Numbered from the stretch's first letter, positions 43,986-58,427 are shown. The stretch: 64,000 nt of DNA from Octopus vulgaris (GCA_951406725.2 OX597831.1:12772001-12836000), one strand, 5' to 3'. A program made the numbers and translations. Notes: generated from the letters alone by a model not told the origin.

Positions 43986-44215
43986 TTAACCCTTTTGCTA
44001 TCAACCTGGCTGAAACCGCCTCTGGCTCTGAGTACAAATGTTTTCTTTTCATTAAGTTTTGAATTAAAATTTTCCACCGGACCTTAGTCACAATTTATGT
44101 TCCCAACACAAGCTGAAGGACAACTAAGTTATTTTACTAAATTCTTTGTTATATTTAAAATTAATTGAAAGAAACACAGAGAATCTCAACAGCAATATGC
44201 TAACAAAAGGGTTAA
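43986..44215. mobile_element. piggyBac-like MITE
   Basis: TTAACCCTTTTGCTA...TAACAAAAGGGTTAA. Confidence 0.8.
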
Positions 44216-44238
44216 AATATATAATAGAGAAATAATTC

Positions 44239-44466
44239 TTAACCCTTTCATTACTAACCTGGCTGAAACCGCCTCTGGCTCTGAGTACAAATGTCTTGTT
44301 TTCATGAGTTTTGAATTAAAATCTTCCACCAAACCTTAGTCACAATTTATGTTTCTAACACTAGCTGAATGATAACTAAGTTATTTTACTAAATTCTTTG
44401 TTATATTTAAAGTAATTGAAAGAAACACAAAGCCTCACAACAGAAATACAGTAATGAAAGGATTAA
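44239..44466. mobile_element. piggyBac-like MITE, adjacent copy in the same orientation
   Basis: TTAACCCTTTCATTAC...GTAATGAAAGGATTAA. Confidence 0.8.
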
Positions 44467-45244
44467 AGGGAATCACTGGAATGCAATCTTACATTACAAG
44501 CAGAATCTCTGACTGATCGCTACCCCATGTTATCAAATAGGTATAACATGATTCACAACTGATTGTACCATGTTATCTTGGTCCAGTGATAAATAAATCA
44601 GTGACAAACTGGGTTATATGTACATTTTATGTTATGGTAACCTAAGCATTTATCTTCTGCAACAAGTGACACAATGTTTATCAGTAAATTAATTTATTCA
44701 TTATTCATTTACTGATTAGCTAAACAAGTTCAGTTTGAGATATTGCAAAAGTAATATTACTCTCAGAAATTCTGAATTAATTCAACAATCATCGTCGTCT
44801 TTATTGTCATCTTCATCATCATCACCATCATCATTTAACGTCTGTTTTCCATGCTAAGACATGTTGGAAGGTTTGACAGGAGCTTGCAGGCCAGAAGACT
44901 GCACCAAACTTTACTATCTGTTTTGGCATGGTTTTTTTTGCGGCTGGATGTTCTTCCTAACACCAAACACCACAGAGTAAACGGAGAGCTTTTCCCAAGA
45001 CACCAGCAATGGTAAGGTTTGTCACGGCACAGTTTTTATGGTTAGATGTCCTTTCGAATGCAAACCACTTTAGAGTGTGGCTTGAGTGCTATTCTTTACA
45101 TAACACCAGCACCAGTGAGGTCTGCTTGGGCAGGGTTTTTACAGTTGGATGCCCTTCCAAATGCCAATCACTTAACAGTGTGGAATGGATACTTTTGACA
45201 TGGCACCAGTGCCATAAATAAATATTGGTTTCAAATTTAGGTGC

Positions 45245-45598
45245 AAGGTCGGGTTCAGTCCCACTGCGTAGCACCTTGGGCAAGTGTCGTCTACTACAGC
45301 CTCAGGCTTACCAAAACCTTGTGAGTGGATTTGTTAGACAGAAACTGAAAGAAGCCCATTGTATATATGTATATGTATGTGTGTGTATATGTTTGTGTGT
45401 CTGTGTTTGTCTCCCCAACATCGCTTGACAACCAATGTTGGTGTGTTTATGTCCCTGTAACTTAGTGGTTCGGCAAAAGAGACCGATACAATAAGTACTA
45501 AGCTTACAAAGAATAAGTCCTGGGGTTGATTTGCTCGACTAGAAGTGGTGCTCCAGCATGGCCACAGTCAAATGACTGAAACATGTAAAAGAGTAAAA
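45245..45598 (+). mobile_element. SINE family A, 5'-truncated
   Basis: Family A body and tail. Confidence 0.75.
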
Positions 45599-45846
45599 CA
45601 CATCACTGAACTCTTAGAGCTACTAGATAACACTTGATTAAATCAAAACAATGTGTGTGCTGGTGCCACGTAAAAAGCACCTGTGCCACTCTGTGGAGTG
45701 GTTGGCATTAGGAAGGGCATCTGGCCATAGAAACCCTGTCAGAACAGACAACGGAGCCAGGTGTGGCCCCCTGGCCTTACAAGCTGCAGCCAAACCATCA
45801 AACCCATGCAGGTATGGAAAACGGATGTTAAATGATGGTGGTAATT

Positions 45847-45879
<33 letters not shown>

Positions 45880-46691
45880 GTATTGGTGGTTGTAGATGTG
45901 AATAAATAATCAATACATTTTGACAGAGAAACCTGAATGCCAAAGAGTTAAACTGTACTAAGATTAAACGAACTGAATGACATTTAACGAGTTACATTTG
46001 GAGGTGAGTTGGAGGAATAATATTTTAGAAAAAGCATTGCATTAAATGAATATTCCTTCTTAGCTGACTGTAATTCATTGTATTAAACAGGGCAGAGTTG
46101 TACACATAATCTTAAACCTGTAATCCACCCTTAGCCAGTCTATTATCTTGAGAAGGTAAGGAAAGTTTGCCAAGTATAAATTATTTTGTTTTGTGATAAA
46201 GAGGCAAAAAAGTATAAGATTTCTGCAGTTTTGTTTTTGCTTTTCTTTTTCAGACATGACCCAAGTGATAGGAGTGAAAGATGAAATATTTGCTGATAAG
46301 AAAGAAAGACTAAATAAATTGTGACTGAGAGGAATAAGAGAATGAAGGAAGGAGAGAAGAAAGAAAAGATAACATAAGGAGAAAAATGTTATGAGGTCAA
46401 AGGTCAAAGTGAGGCAAATTGGGAAAATGTAGTGTGGTGGTGGAGGGGAAAGAGAGAGTGAGTAAAGTGGGAGAGATTAAGATATGGAGAGGAGGAAAAA
46501 AGAAAATTAAAACAATTAAAACTCATTACTTATAAGCTAATGATAAACTTGTAAGCTAATGATAAACTGTCAGACTATTTGACAATTGGTAGGTAGGTTT
46601 CTATAAACTACCTGTTTCTTAGTTTCTATTTATAATGTACTAAATAACATATCCATAGACTTTTAGCCAACACTCTATGTTGCCATGCCTG

Positions 46692-46913
46692 TATGAGGGG
46701 GTGCTGAAAAGTCCCTGGCTTTAAGGGCATTACAAAAGGCCTGATAGGAGGCCCAACCATCTGAGTTCTTTTAACAGGGCTCAGAAAAACTGAAGGACTG
46801 CCACGATAAGTGTGTGGATCTGAAAAGGGAATATGTTGAATAAAATCTAAATTTTCTGATCATCCTGTGTTTTCTTTTACTCAAAGCCAGGAACTTTTCA
46901 GTAGCCCCTTGTT
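46692..46913 (+). mobile_element. Internally deleted mariner element
   Basis: TIR TATGAGGGGGTGCTGAAAAGT.CCTGGCTTT / AAAGCCAGGAACTTTTCAGTAGCCCCTTG; transposase end ...KCVDLKREYVE*. Confidence 0.75.
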
Positions 46914-47089
46914 TCTCTATCCCTATCTATTAGACAAAATTCCCATGGGTTTCTGTGCAGACGGGAACTTAGGGTTCAAATGGCTGACTGGACTAATTGT
47001 TGTTGTTTATTCCCTGACTGCCCTTGATTTGAGTGGAGTGAGATCAAAAGAGGGCTTTCAAAACTAGTTACTGTATTAAGGCATGGGGA

Positions 47090-47230
47090 ATTGGGTCATT
47101 TGTCTGAGTAGAGAAGTAGGGATGTGATCCACAGAGGACCAGCTTCATTTTGACGTATGATACATGGTCCTGTGTCAGTAATTATACCTGTCCGAAACAA
47201 AATGGCATTACTTTTTGACTCACCCTCATA
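47090..47230 (-). mobile_element. Mariner-like terminal fragment
   Basis: Minus strand begins TATGAGGGTGAGTCAAAAAGTAATGCC. Confidence 0.5.
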
Positions 47231-47960
47231 AGTTAATTTCTCCATAACATCTGAGGTATTTTGATTTAGGTATGTAGCTTCAAGATTTGAAAGATGTAAT
47301 TGTTTATCTTTAGAATGACATTGCAGAATAGATGTGAGATGCTGGTCCCAGCCAGTTTGAGCATAAAATGGGTAGAATATTTGGGCTGGATACAACCATT
47401 TTAAACAAGGAAGGTTTAAGTCATATGGTAAAAGAAAATTTACCAAAAATCTGAAGAAGACAGATTAAGAAAGATGTGCTGAGTATCTACAACAAGGCTT
47501 GTTACTTGTTATATAAATAATAAATCCTTTTCCAAATATTGCTAATGAAAATAAATAGTTTCTTTTAATAATTACTGCCTGAGTCATGTTAAACTACACC
47601 CAGTTCTTGCTTCATCGGTGGTTGGAGACAGGAAGGTGATCTAGTTGTTAAAAATCATCTTTTATTTCTTTCAGTCATTGGACTGCGACCAAGCTGGGGC
47701 ACTGTCTTGAATGGTTTTCGTCAAACAAGTCAATCCTAATTCCTGTTTTAAGTTTGGTACTTATACTAGTCCGCATCTTTTTGCTGAACCTGTCGAGTTA
47801 CAGGGATGTAAATAAACCAGCACCTGTTGTGAAGTGGGGGGACAGAGTCAAAGACACACATACACGCACTTCATCAGCATCATCAGCATCAACATTTAAT
47901 GTCTGTTTTCCATGCTGGCATAGGTTGGATGGTTTTGTCAGGAACTGGCAAGGCCAACAC

Positions 47961-47994
<34 letters not shown>

Positions 47995-48653
47995 GCATGC
48001 ACGCACACACATGACAGACTTCCATGAATTTTCCATCAACCAAATTAATTCCCAAGGCATTGGTCAGCCTCAGGAGTAAAAGACACTTGCCCAAAGTACT
48101 GCATAGTGGAATTGAACCTGGAATCACATGGTGTCAAAGTGATCTTAACTCCACAGCCAGGCTTCTCTCACAAGTAACTAAAATAAAAAAAAAGCAACAT
48201 ACAACAACAACAAAGACTAGTGCCTTTTTGTTGTGGTTGTTGGTGTTATTGTTGTTGTGAGGTGTATCATCATCAGATAGTGAAAGCCTGAGACAAAGGA
48301 CAAAATACTGCGCAGGAAGACTTTTCTAACTGATACCAGGAAAGAACACCAGACATGATGATGATGATGATGATGGTGGGGGTGATGATGGTGGGGGTAT
48401 GATGGTAGTAGTGACGACGTCAGTGGTGTTGATGATGATGGTGGTGGTGATGGTAGTAGTGTTGGTACAATGACAAAAATGTCAATGATGGTGGAGAGGC
48501 ATGATGATGACGACAATGGTGGGGATGGTGGTGATAGTTGTAATGTGATGGTGATGATGTTGGCAGTCGTATGCCGGTGGTGGTGGTGATATAATGATAG
48601 CAATAGTGGTATGATGATGACAATGATGATGGTGGTAGTGGTGGCAGTACCAC

Positions 48654-48709
<56 letters not shown>

Positions 48710-49326
48710 AGCTGTATTAAGATACTGGTGACAGTCTGTGGAATCAGCTATTGTACTGATGACCTTTTTAATGTAAACATGATCATCTGTCACCGTTATC
48801 ACTCAAGAGATAAACAGAGATTATGATGGAAGTAACATGATGCCTTATAGGTAATAGCAAAAAAAAAAAAGTACTTTTGGGGTTTCTTTTCCTAATCTTG
48901 AGAAGAATTTACAATGTGAAAGATATTAAATGACACAGAGAATCAGAGAAAAGGAGAGAATGGTTTTAAGAAGAGATACCAACAACAAAAATATAAATAA
49001 AATGTCTTTTAAAAGTAAAATAATTAAAAACAGGGAATATTTTTAGAATTCCGAAGAAAGGAAAGAGAAAAGAGAAATAAAAGCTGAGAAAATATTTTTT
49101 GAAGAATTTAATTGGGGTTACAGAGCAAACAGCAAGGAATTGGATTTATGTTTAAGAGAAATACTGGTTTACAGGAATTGAGGAAAAGGCAAAAGAAAAT
49201 AAATTTAAAGACTATATATGGAGATATATGGCTGTGTGGTAAGAGGTTTGATTCTCAGCCACATGGTTCCAGGTTCGGTCTCATGATGGGGTACCTAGGG
49301 CAAGAGTCTTTTACTGTAGCTTAGGG

Positions 49327-49456
49327 CAGTGGTTCTCAACCTGTGGTCTGCAAAGGGGTCCGTGAATATGTTAAGCTGACAGACCTTTCAATATCCTAGG
49401 GTCAATGGAAAAACTCATTTAAAAAAACTTGGTAGTGAAAAGGTTGGGAATCACTG
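49327..49456. mobile_element. hAT MITE inserted in a family A SINE
   Basis: CAGTGGTTCTCAACCT / AGGTTGGGAATCACTG; TSD-like gcttaggg/gcctaagg. Confidence 0.7.
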
Positions 49457-49895
49457 GCCTAAGGCTGACCAAACCCTTGTGAGTGAATTTGGTAGACAGA
49501 AACTGGAAAACCCATCACACACACACATGCATGCACACACACACGCGCGCGTGCGTACACACACACACACACACATTGATGTTAGAAAGGATATCTAGCT
49601 GCAGAAACCATGGAGTTTGAACAGCTCTTCAGCTGGTCAGATCTTGTTAAACCGTCCAACCCATGCCAGCATGGAAAACAGACGTTAAATGACGATGATG
49701 ATGGTAAATAACAATAACAACGTGAGGATGGAAATCCATGGTGTGCAGTGTAGACACACATGTTGCAATGCATAAATAAGGCCATTGAATTTCCATCCAC
49801 ATGTTATTGTTATTATTATGATATTTATCCTAAGCCGAAAGGAATTCCATGTGAATACATTTACCATTGGATTACCTTGGGAAATCGAATTAACA

Positions 49896-50249
49896 GGTGA
49901 TCTCATTCTCGCCCACAACATCATAAGCGGGAAGTGTAACCTCTCGAAAGAGCTGTTCTTCACTCCTGCTCCGGAGCGTCGGCTGCGGGGTCATTCCGAA
50001 AATTCTACCTGCGACGATTTCATCTCAATCGAAGGAGAGGAGCTTTCTCCGTCCGGGTTGCGGATCCGTGGAACAAGCTGCCAGACGAGATGGTGAAGAT
50101 GCCGACGACCGCTTTGTTCAAAGCCTCCCTGGACCTCAAGTGGCCTGAACTCTTTACATGAACACCATCCTGTACTTAACTCCATGTCCCCCTACATGGC
50201 CTTGCTATTTGCTTTTGAGCCAAATTAACTAACTAACTAACTAACTAAC
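49896..50249 (+). mobile_element. CR1-clade LINE 3' end with (TAAC)n tail
   Basis: GDLILAHNII...RLRGHSE/KFYLRRFHLNRRRGAFSVRVADPWNKLPDEMV...FKASLD (one frameshift at about 50000); possible TSD AACAGG. Confidence 0.85.
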
Positions 50250-50307
50250 AACAGGAAGCATAGGAGCTCTGATGACAGCATTACAAAGCTAAACATCTAT
50301 GACAGCA

Positions 50308-50683
50308 TCTCTCTATATATAAGCGGCAAAATGTCTGTCTGTGTGTGTGTGTGCATGTCCTTTATACAAATCCACAATTTTTCATTTAGAGGGCTAACAC
50401 TTTTTTATGGTCATTCAAAACCATCCAAGGGTGGTCATGCACATCCTTACATTTCCCCAGTCACTCCACAAAGCCATTAAAAATCAATACAAGTGACTTT
50501 TTTGTGAATTTTCTATCCCAGACCCAATCAAAATGCCCGAAACTTGATACGCCAATTGAATGCCAGCTAACTGTATGTGATTGGTCAGAAATTTGGATAG
50601 TACTCGCGTGTATGTGCGCATGCACGCAGCTGTGTATGCATGCACTAGCACTATGACCCAGTATTGCCAGGTCATAGTACTAG
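50308..50683 (+). mobile_element. Non-autonomous Helitron-like element
   Basis: A|TC start, 3' hairpin CTATGACC...GGTCATAG then CTAG|T. Confidence 0.7.
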
Positions 50684-51422
50684 TTACAAAAATAAACATC
50701 TGTGTGTGTGTCTTTTTCCTCTACCACCAACTGGTTTTGCTGTGTTGACATCTGCATAACTTAGCAGTTTGGCAAAAGTGACTGATAGAATAGGTACAAG
50801 GCTTTTTAAAAAAGCAAGTAAGTACTGGGGTCATTTATTTAACTAAAATTCTTCAAGGCAGTGCTGTAGCATGGTCACAGTCTAACGAGTGAACCAAAAA
50901 AAAAAATATTAAAATATAAAAACATGAAGAGAGATTTCAAGCTGCCTTGATTTTCTTTCAGAATTTGCATAAAAGCTTAAAAAAAATAATAAAAAATTAA
51001 TAAGTAAATAAAACCTAAAATATTTTTTAAAAAAATAAAAAAGAACTGTGGTACTGGCATTTGACCTTATCTTGGCAGAGAATGCTATCAGAAAAAAGTC
51101 ACTGGCATCCATTTCCAAGAAAGGGCCCAGTTATTGATTTTCAGTCTTTTATCAATTTACCATGCAGAACACAATTCTTTTGTCTTTTTTTTTTTCACTC
51201 TTTAGAATAAATCACTTTTGTTACAATTTCTTTTCTTTTTTTAGCATATTTTTATGTTTTATTTTACTGCATTTATTTCTTATTTAGGTGGCAAACTGGC
51301 AGAATCGTTAGTGCATCAGGCAGAATCGTTAGTGCATTAATTCTAGCTATTTATGTTCTGTGTTCAAATTCCAGTGAGGATGACTTAGCTTTTCATCATT
51401 TGGAGTTGATAAAAATAAACTA

Positions 51423-51778
51423 CCAACCACATGGTTCCGGGTTCAGTCCCACTGCGTGGCATCTTGGGCAAGTGTCTTCTGCTAAAGCCCTGGGCCGACC
51501 AATGCCTTGTGAGTGGATTTGGTAGACAGAAACTGAAATAAGCCTGTTGTATATATGTATGTGTGTGTGTGTTTGTGTGTCTGTGTTTATCCCCCTAGCA
51601 TTGCTGGTGTGTTTGCGTCCCCGTCACTTAGCGGTTCGGCAAAAGAGACCGATAGAATAAGTACTGGGCTTACAAAGAATAAGTCCCAGGGTCGATTTAC
51701 TCGACTAAAGGCGGTGCTCCAGCATGGCCGCAGTCAAATGACTGAAACAAGTAAAAGAGTAAAAAGAGTAAAGAGAGT
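51423..51778 (+). mobile_element. SINE family A
   Basis: Family A body and (GTAAAAGA)n tail. Confidence 0.8.
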
Positions 51779-52214
51779 CTAATGCTAGGATCAATGTAAC
51801 AAAGCATATCAGGATAATTACCCCCTCTTCAATATATTAAGAAGTTTTAAATCATCATCTGTTGTCCTCAGGGGTAAATGTTCTTGGTGGTGAGGGGGAG
51901 GGTTTATTGTGCAAGGGGTGTAAATGTCCTAGACTTGTAATGAATTATAGCCCTCCCTATAAAATTTCGAGTTTGTACCTATATGGGAAATAATATGTCA
52001 GTGAGCTGAGAGAATTGCTTGATGTTTAATGCACAAAATTTCTGAGTAATACTTCTGCTGATCCTTTATGATCTAAATTCAAATTCCACCAAGGTGGACA
52101 CTTCTTTTCACCCCCTTTGAGGTCACTGAGCACTGGGTTTTATGTAATAATTGTACCCACTTGCCCCAAAATTGCTGTTCTTGTGCCAAAATTTAAAGCA
52201 ATTATATATATTTA

Positions 52215-52615
52215 TATTCTTTTCTACTCTAGGCACAAGGCCTGAAATTTTTGAGGAGGGACCAGTCAATTAGATTGGCACCAGTACACAACTGGTACTT
52301 AATTTATCATCCCCAAAAGGATGAAAGGCAAAGTTGACCTCGGCGGAATTTGAACTCAGAACGTAACGGCAGACGAAATACCTCTTTCTTTACTACCCAC
52401 AAGGGGCTAAACACAGAGGGGACAAACAAGGACAGACAAATGGATTAAGTCGATTACATCGATCCCAGTGCATAACTGGTACTTAATTTATTGACCCCCG
52501 AAAGGATGAAAGGCAAAGTTGACCTCGGCGGAATTTGAACTCAGAGTGTAGAGACAGACGAAATACCACTAAGCATTTCACCCGGCATGCTAACGTTTCT
52601 GCCAGTTTGCCACCT
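52215..52615 (-). mobile_element. Dimeric SINE family B
   Basis: Two ggatgaaaggcaaagttgacctcggcggaatttgaactcag blocks. Confidence 0.8.
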
Positions 52616-52974
52616 TATGTTTATATTATTTTAGTGTCTGTTTTTTTTTTATATCAAGTTATAATATAAACAATTTTACATTAAACGGATGGAGAACTCA
52701 ATACATTTTGTAGAGTATACATTATGAACTCTTAAAAATAGGGCAGTCCAGAAGTTTGAAGTCACTGTCAACACTATGATTTTAAAACACTTGATATATA
52801 TATGAATACACACACAAACACACACTGCTATGTTAAGGCATGTGGCCCAGTAGTAAGGGTGTTGCACTCATGGTCACTAAATTTTGGGGTTCAGTTCCCA
52901 GACAGGGTGGTGGGTTGTGTTCTAGAGTAAAACGCTTCATTTCCTGTTGCCCTGTGATTATTTCAACATCTGAC

Positions 52975-55084
52975 ATGTGGCACACATACATACATTTTGA
53001 TCACTATAAACAAAACATGTGGCACACATACATTTTGATCACTATAAACAAAATATGTGGCACACATACATTTTGATCACTATGAAGAAATCTGTGGCAC
53101 AAATGCATTTTGATCACTATAAACAAAACATGTGGCACAAATACATTTTGATCACTATAAACAAAACATGTGGCACAAATATATTTTGATCACTATAAAG
53201 AAAACTGTGGCACAAATACATTTTGATCACTATAAACAAAACATGTGGCACAAATACATTTTGATTACTATAAAGAAATCTGTGGCACAAATACATTTTG
53301 ATCACTATAAACAAAACATGTGGCACACATACATTTTGATCACTATAAACAAAACATGTGGCACAAATACATTTTGATCACTATAAACAAAACATGTGGC
53401 ACAAATATATTTTGATCACTATAAACAAAACATGTGGCACAAATACATTTTGATCACTATAAACAAAACATGTGGCACAAATACATTTTGATCACTATAA
53501 ACAAAACATGTGGCACACATACATTTTGATCACTATGAAGAAATCTGTGGCACAAATAAATTTTGATCACTATAAACAAAACATGTGGCACAAATATATT
53601 TTGATCACTATAAACAAAACATGTGGCACAAATATATTTTGATCACTATAAACAAAACATGTGGCACATATAGATTTTGATCACTATAAACAAAACATGT
53701 GACACAAATACATTTTGATCACTATAAACAAAACATGTGGCACAAATACATTTTGATCACTATAAACAAAACATGTGACACACATACATTTTGATCACTA
53801 TATAGAAATCTGTGGCACAAATAAATTTTGATCACTATAAACAAAACATGTGGCACAAATACATTTTGATCACTATAAACAAAACATGTAACACAAATAC
53901 ATTTTGATCACTATAAACAAAACATGTGGCACAAATATATTTTGATCACTATAAACAAAACATGTGGCACAAATACATTTTGATCACTATAAACAAAACA
54001 TGTGGCACACATACATTTTGATCACTATAAACAAAACATGTGGCACACATACATTTTGATCACTATGAAGAAATCTGTGGCACAAATAAATTTTGATCAC
54101 TATAAACAAAACATGTGGCACAAATACATTTTGATCACTATAAACAAAACATGTGGCACACATACATTTTGATCACTATAAACAAAACATGTGGCACACA
54201 TACATTTTGATCACTATGAAGAAATCTGTGGCACAAATAAATTTTGATCACTATGAAGAAATCTGTGGCACAAATAAATTTTGATCACTATAAACAAAAC
54301 ATGTGGCACAAATACATTTTGATCACTATAAACAAAACATGTGACACAAATACATTTTGATCACTATAAACAAAACATGTGGCACAAATATATTTTGATC
54401 ACTATAAACAAAACATGTGGCACAAATAAATTTTGATCACTATAAACAAAACATGTGGCACAAATACATTTTGATCACTATAAACAAAACATGTGGCACA
54501 CATACATTTTGATCACTATAAACAAAACATGTGGCACAAATATATTTTGATCACTATGAAGAAATCTGTGGCACAAATAAATTTTGATCACTATAAACAA
54601 AACATGTGACACACATAGATTTTGATCACTATAAACAAAACATGTGGCACAAATACATTTTGATCACTATAAACAAAACATGTGGCACACATACATTTTG
54701 ATCACTATAAACAAAACATGTGGCACAAATACATTTTGATCACTATAAACAAAACATGTGGCACACATACATTTTGATCACTATAAACAAAACATGTGGC
54801 ACAAATACATTTTGATCACTATAAACAAAACATGTGACACACATAGATTTTGATCACTATAAACAAAACATGTGGCACACATACATTTTGATCACTATAA
54901 ACAAAACATGTGGCACAAATACATTTTGATCACTATATACAAAACATGTGGCACAAATACATTTTGATCACTATAAACAAAACATGTGGCACACATACAT
55001 TTTGATCACTATAAACAAAACATGTGGCACACATACATTTTGATCACTATATACAAAACCTGTGGGATACATACATTTTGATCA
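52975..55084. repeat. 38-bp minisatellite, about 55 copies, inside a tRNA-derived SINE (52835-55150)
   Basis: Unit TGTGGCACAAATACATTTTGATCACTATAAACAAAACA with recurrent variant ...CTATGAAGAAATCTGTGG... Confidence 0.95.
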
Positions 55085-55245
55085 AATTATTTGTGCAGGT
55101 TGCTCAGTAAAAACTAAACACTCATATGTCGTCTTGCAGAGGAGAATCCAAATTATGTGCAGCTGGATTTTAATGGAAAACATTTACCTCTTCACAAATA
55201 AACACATGTAGTGAATTTATAATCCCAACTCTATCATGCAGAGAG

Positions 55246-55530
55246 ATTTGTAGAAACATGAAGGGCTTGACCAATGACTAATCTTCCCTGTTCTTTTCAA
55301 TAAATCGCTGAAAAGCAGACATGTCAGTGACAGTCAATCCCCACAAGACTGGTTATTGCTCGTTATAGATAAACATGGCTGAGGAAACATTTGTAGAAAC
55401 ATGAAGGGCTTGACCAATGACTAATCTTCCCTGTTCTTTTCAATAAATCGCTGAAAAGCAGACATGTCAGTGACAGTCAATCCCCACAAGACTGGTTATT
55501 GCTCGTTATAGATAAACATGGCTGAGGAAA
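55246..55530. repeat. 143-bp perfect tandem duplication
   Basis: 55246-55388 repeated at 55389-55530. Confidence 0.9.
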
Positions 55531-56079
55531 GAACAAAAAAAAAATAAATAAATAAAGGTAACAAACAAAATCTCCAAGAGGATTATCTCCTGTTCCCAGA
55601 CAGTTACATTAACTTTTCTCTGCTAAACATGGTTTTAATTCTCAAATATTGTTTCCTACCATAATAATAATAATAGTAATAAAACAAGGAAAAAAAAGAT
55701 TATAAAATCTTGTTCTGTTTGTAAACATTCCACACAACATGACACACATGCAAACTAGTATTAAGTCTTGGAGTAAATGAAAATGTTTTTAAGTGCAGTT
55801 TTAAATCTTTAATTGATTGAATAAGAAGAGCGTTATCAAATAAAAAAGATAATGAAAAGATATTGGCAGGAAGGGCCATGTCAGAATAGATTTTATTTTA
55901 CCTCACTCACTCACTCTGTCTTTATATATATATATATATATGTGTGTGTGTATATATATATATACATACATACATATATACATACACACACACACATGCA
56001 TACACAAATAAAAGTACATATTTTTAGATACACTCCTATATTGAAACGTACATACATACACACACACATATATATATGT

Positions 56080-56124
<45 letters not shown>

Positions 56125-56215
56125 CACACACATACATGCATATACATATACACCTACATATATATATATATATATATACATACACACACATACATGCATA
56201 TACATATACACCTAC

Positions 56216-56262
<47 letters not shown>

Positions 56263-56971
56263 TATATACACATACATACACACCCACACACACACACACA
56301 TGCATATACATATATACACGCAACAGGCTTCTTCCATCTACCATATTCACTAACAAGGCTTTGGTCAGTTTTGGGTTACAGTGGAAGAAGACATCTGTCC
56401 AAGTGCCAAGCAGTGGAACTAAAACCAAAGACCACACATTTCTGAAACAAGCTTCCTAACCATATAGCCATGTTTACACCTGAGAAAATTCCTCAGCCGT
56501 GACCCTTTGAAGAGCGACCAAAACAGTAAGGTGAAGAAGGAAGAAGAGATCAATGTCATGTGACCAAAACCGATAGACAGAACCTGTCGTTATACGGAAT
56601 CAGCCTTAGACAGGAGAACTGATCTGTGTTAAAGTTTCTCATGGATTTTCTACAAGAAAATAAGCTTCGGTGTATACCGTAACTAAAAGAGTGTGTTTGC
56701 GATTAACTGCAGTTGCAGTCGGCCTTTTTTTTGGCAGCTGGCCATGACACGTCTGGAATTGGTATTTCAAATAGAAATCCCATAACAGCTAACATAATTA
56801 CATTTCAATGTTCTCAATAGATTGGATATACATGTATGCGTGATATATATATATATACACACACATACATACACACTTATGTATGTATAAATATATACAT
56901 GTATATATATATATATATGCATGTATCTGTGTGTGTGGTGTGTATATGTATATATATATCTGTCAAACATT

Positions 56972-57017
<46 letters not shown>

Positions 57018-57141
57018 TTTATTTAAAAGCAACAGAAATATAACAAAGGCTGTTACTCAGAGTTTCATGTTCCCCTACCTCTGGTATTTGAGTACTCTTT
57101 TTTTCCCACCTTGTATCACATTAATGTGCTTACTCCGGTAT

Positions 57142-57192
<51 letters not shown>

Positions 57193-57470
57193 TATATATA
57201 TATATTATTGTATTTCAGGATGGCCGTTTTATTCTCCTTTTCACCAAATAAACACTTTATATTCATTTTTCACTACAGTTTTATTATTGTTCTTATTTTA
57301 GTGTCCCTTGTCTGAAATCCTACATCACACTTCCTGAGACCCCTTCAGCAACTCTCCATTCCATGTGTCACCTCTTGCTCTTAGAGAGTACTGAGAGCTT
57401 CTTACAAGGCACAGGGGCTACTTACATGTCACTGGCACAAGTACTTTTCATGTGACACCAGCACACTAAA

Positions 57471-57535
<65 letters not shown>

Positions 57536-57577
57536 TATATATATTTATGTATGTATGTATGTATTATATAGTTTGTG

Positions 57578-57900
57578 CTTGAGGAGACCTTTTGAGTCAA
57601 GTACATCAACATCAAAATAAAAATCAAACGGGAAATTGTAGTTTTTATACCTGTGCTGGTGGCATATTAAAAGCACCAACCTATTGTAGCCGTTGCCAAC
57701 CTCCTCTGGCCCCTGTGCCGGTGGCACGTAAAAAGCACCTACTACACTCATGGAGTGGTTGGCATTGGGAAGGGCATCGAGCTGTAGAAACAATGCCAGA
57801 TCAGACTGGAGCCTGGTGCAGCCTCCTGGCTTCCCAGACCCTGGTTGAACCGTCCAACCCATGCTAGTATGGAAAACGGACGTTAAATGATGATGATGAT
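57578..57900 (+). mobile_element. SINE family C
   Basis: Family C body and (GAT)n tail. Confidence 0.75.
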
Positions 57901-57914
57901 ATATATATATTGTT

Positions 57915-58074
57915 GCAGGAGTGGCTGTGTGGTAAGTAGCTTGCTTACAAGCCACATGGTTCCGGGTTCAGTCCCACTGCATGGCACCATAGGCAAGTGT
58001 CTTCTATTATAGCCTCGGGTCAACCAAAGCTTTGTGAGTGGGTTTGGTAAATGGAAACTGAAAGAAGCTCATTG

Positions 58075-58105
<31 letters not shown>

Positions 58106-58340
58106 ATGTGTGTGTGTGTGTGTGCGTGTGTGCTTGTAAATGTTTGTGTGTCTGTGTTTGTCCCCACCACCATCTCTTGACAACCGATGCTGGTGTGTTT
58201 TTGTCCCCGTAACTTAGCGGTTCGGCAACATTGACCAACAGAATAAGGCACTGGGCTTACAAAGAACAAGTCCAGGAATCGATTTCTTCGACTAAAGGCA
58301 GTGCTCCAACATGGCCGCAGTCAAATGACTGAAACAAATA
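57915..58340 (+). mobile_element. SINE family A, full length
   Basis: GCAGGAGTGGCTGTGTGGTAAGTAGCTTGC head through TGACTGAAACAA. Confidence 0.8.
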
Positions 58341-58427
58341 AAATCATAGAAGTACACACACATACACACACAGTCACACACACACACATATTTATTTATA
58401 TGTTCGTGTGTGTGTGTGTGTGTATAG

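Noticed and set aside
48350-48710. His/Met/Ser-rich ORFs
   Set aside because: (GAT)n/(GGT)n/(CAT)n trinucleotide tracts
52975-55084. CRISPR-like array
   Set aside because: Units are head-to-tail with no unique spacers, there are no cas genes, and the context is eukaryotic
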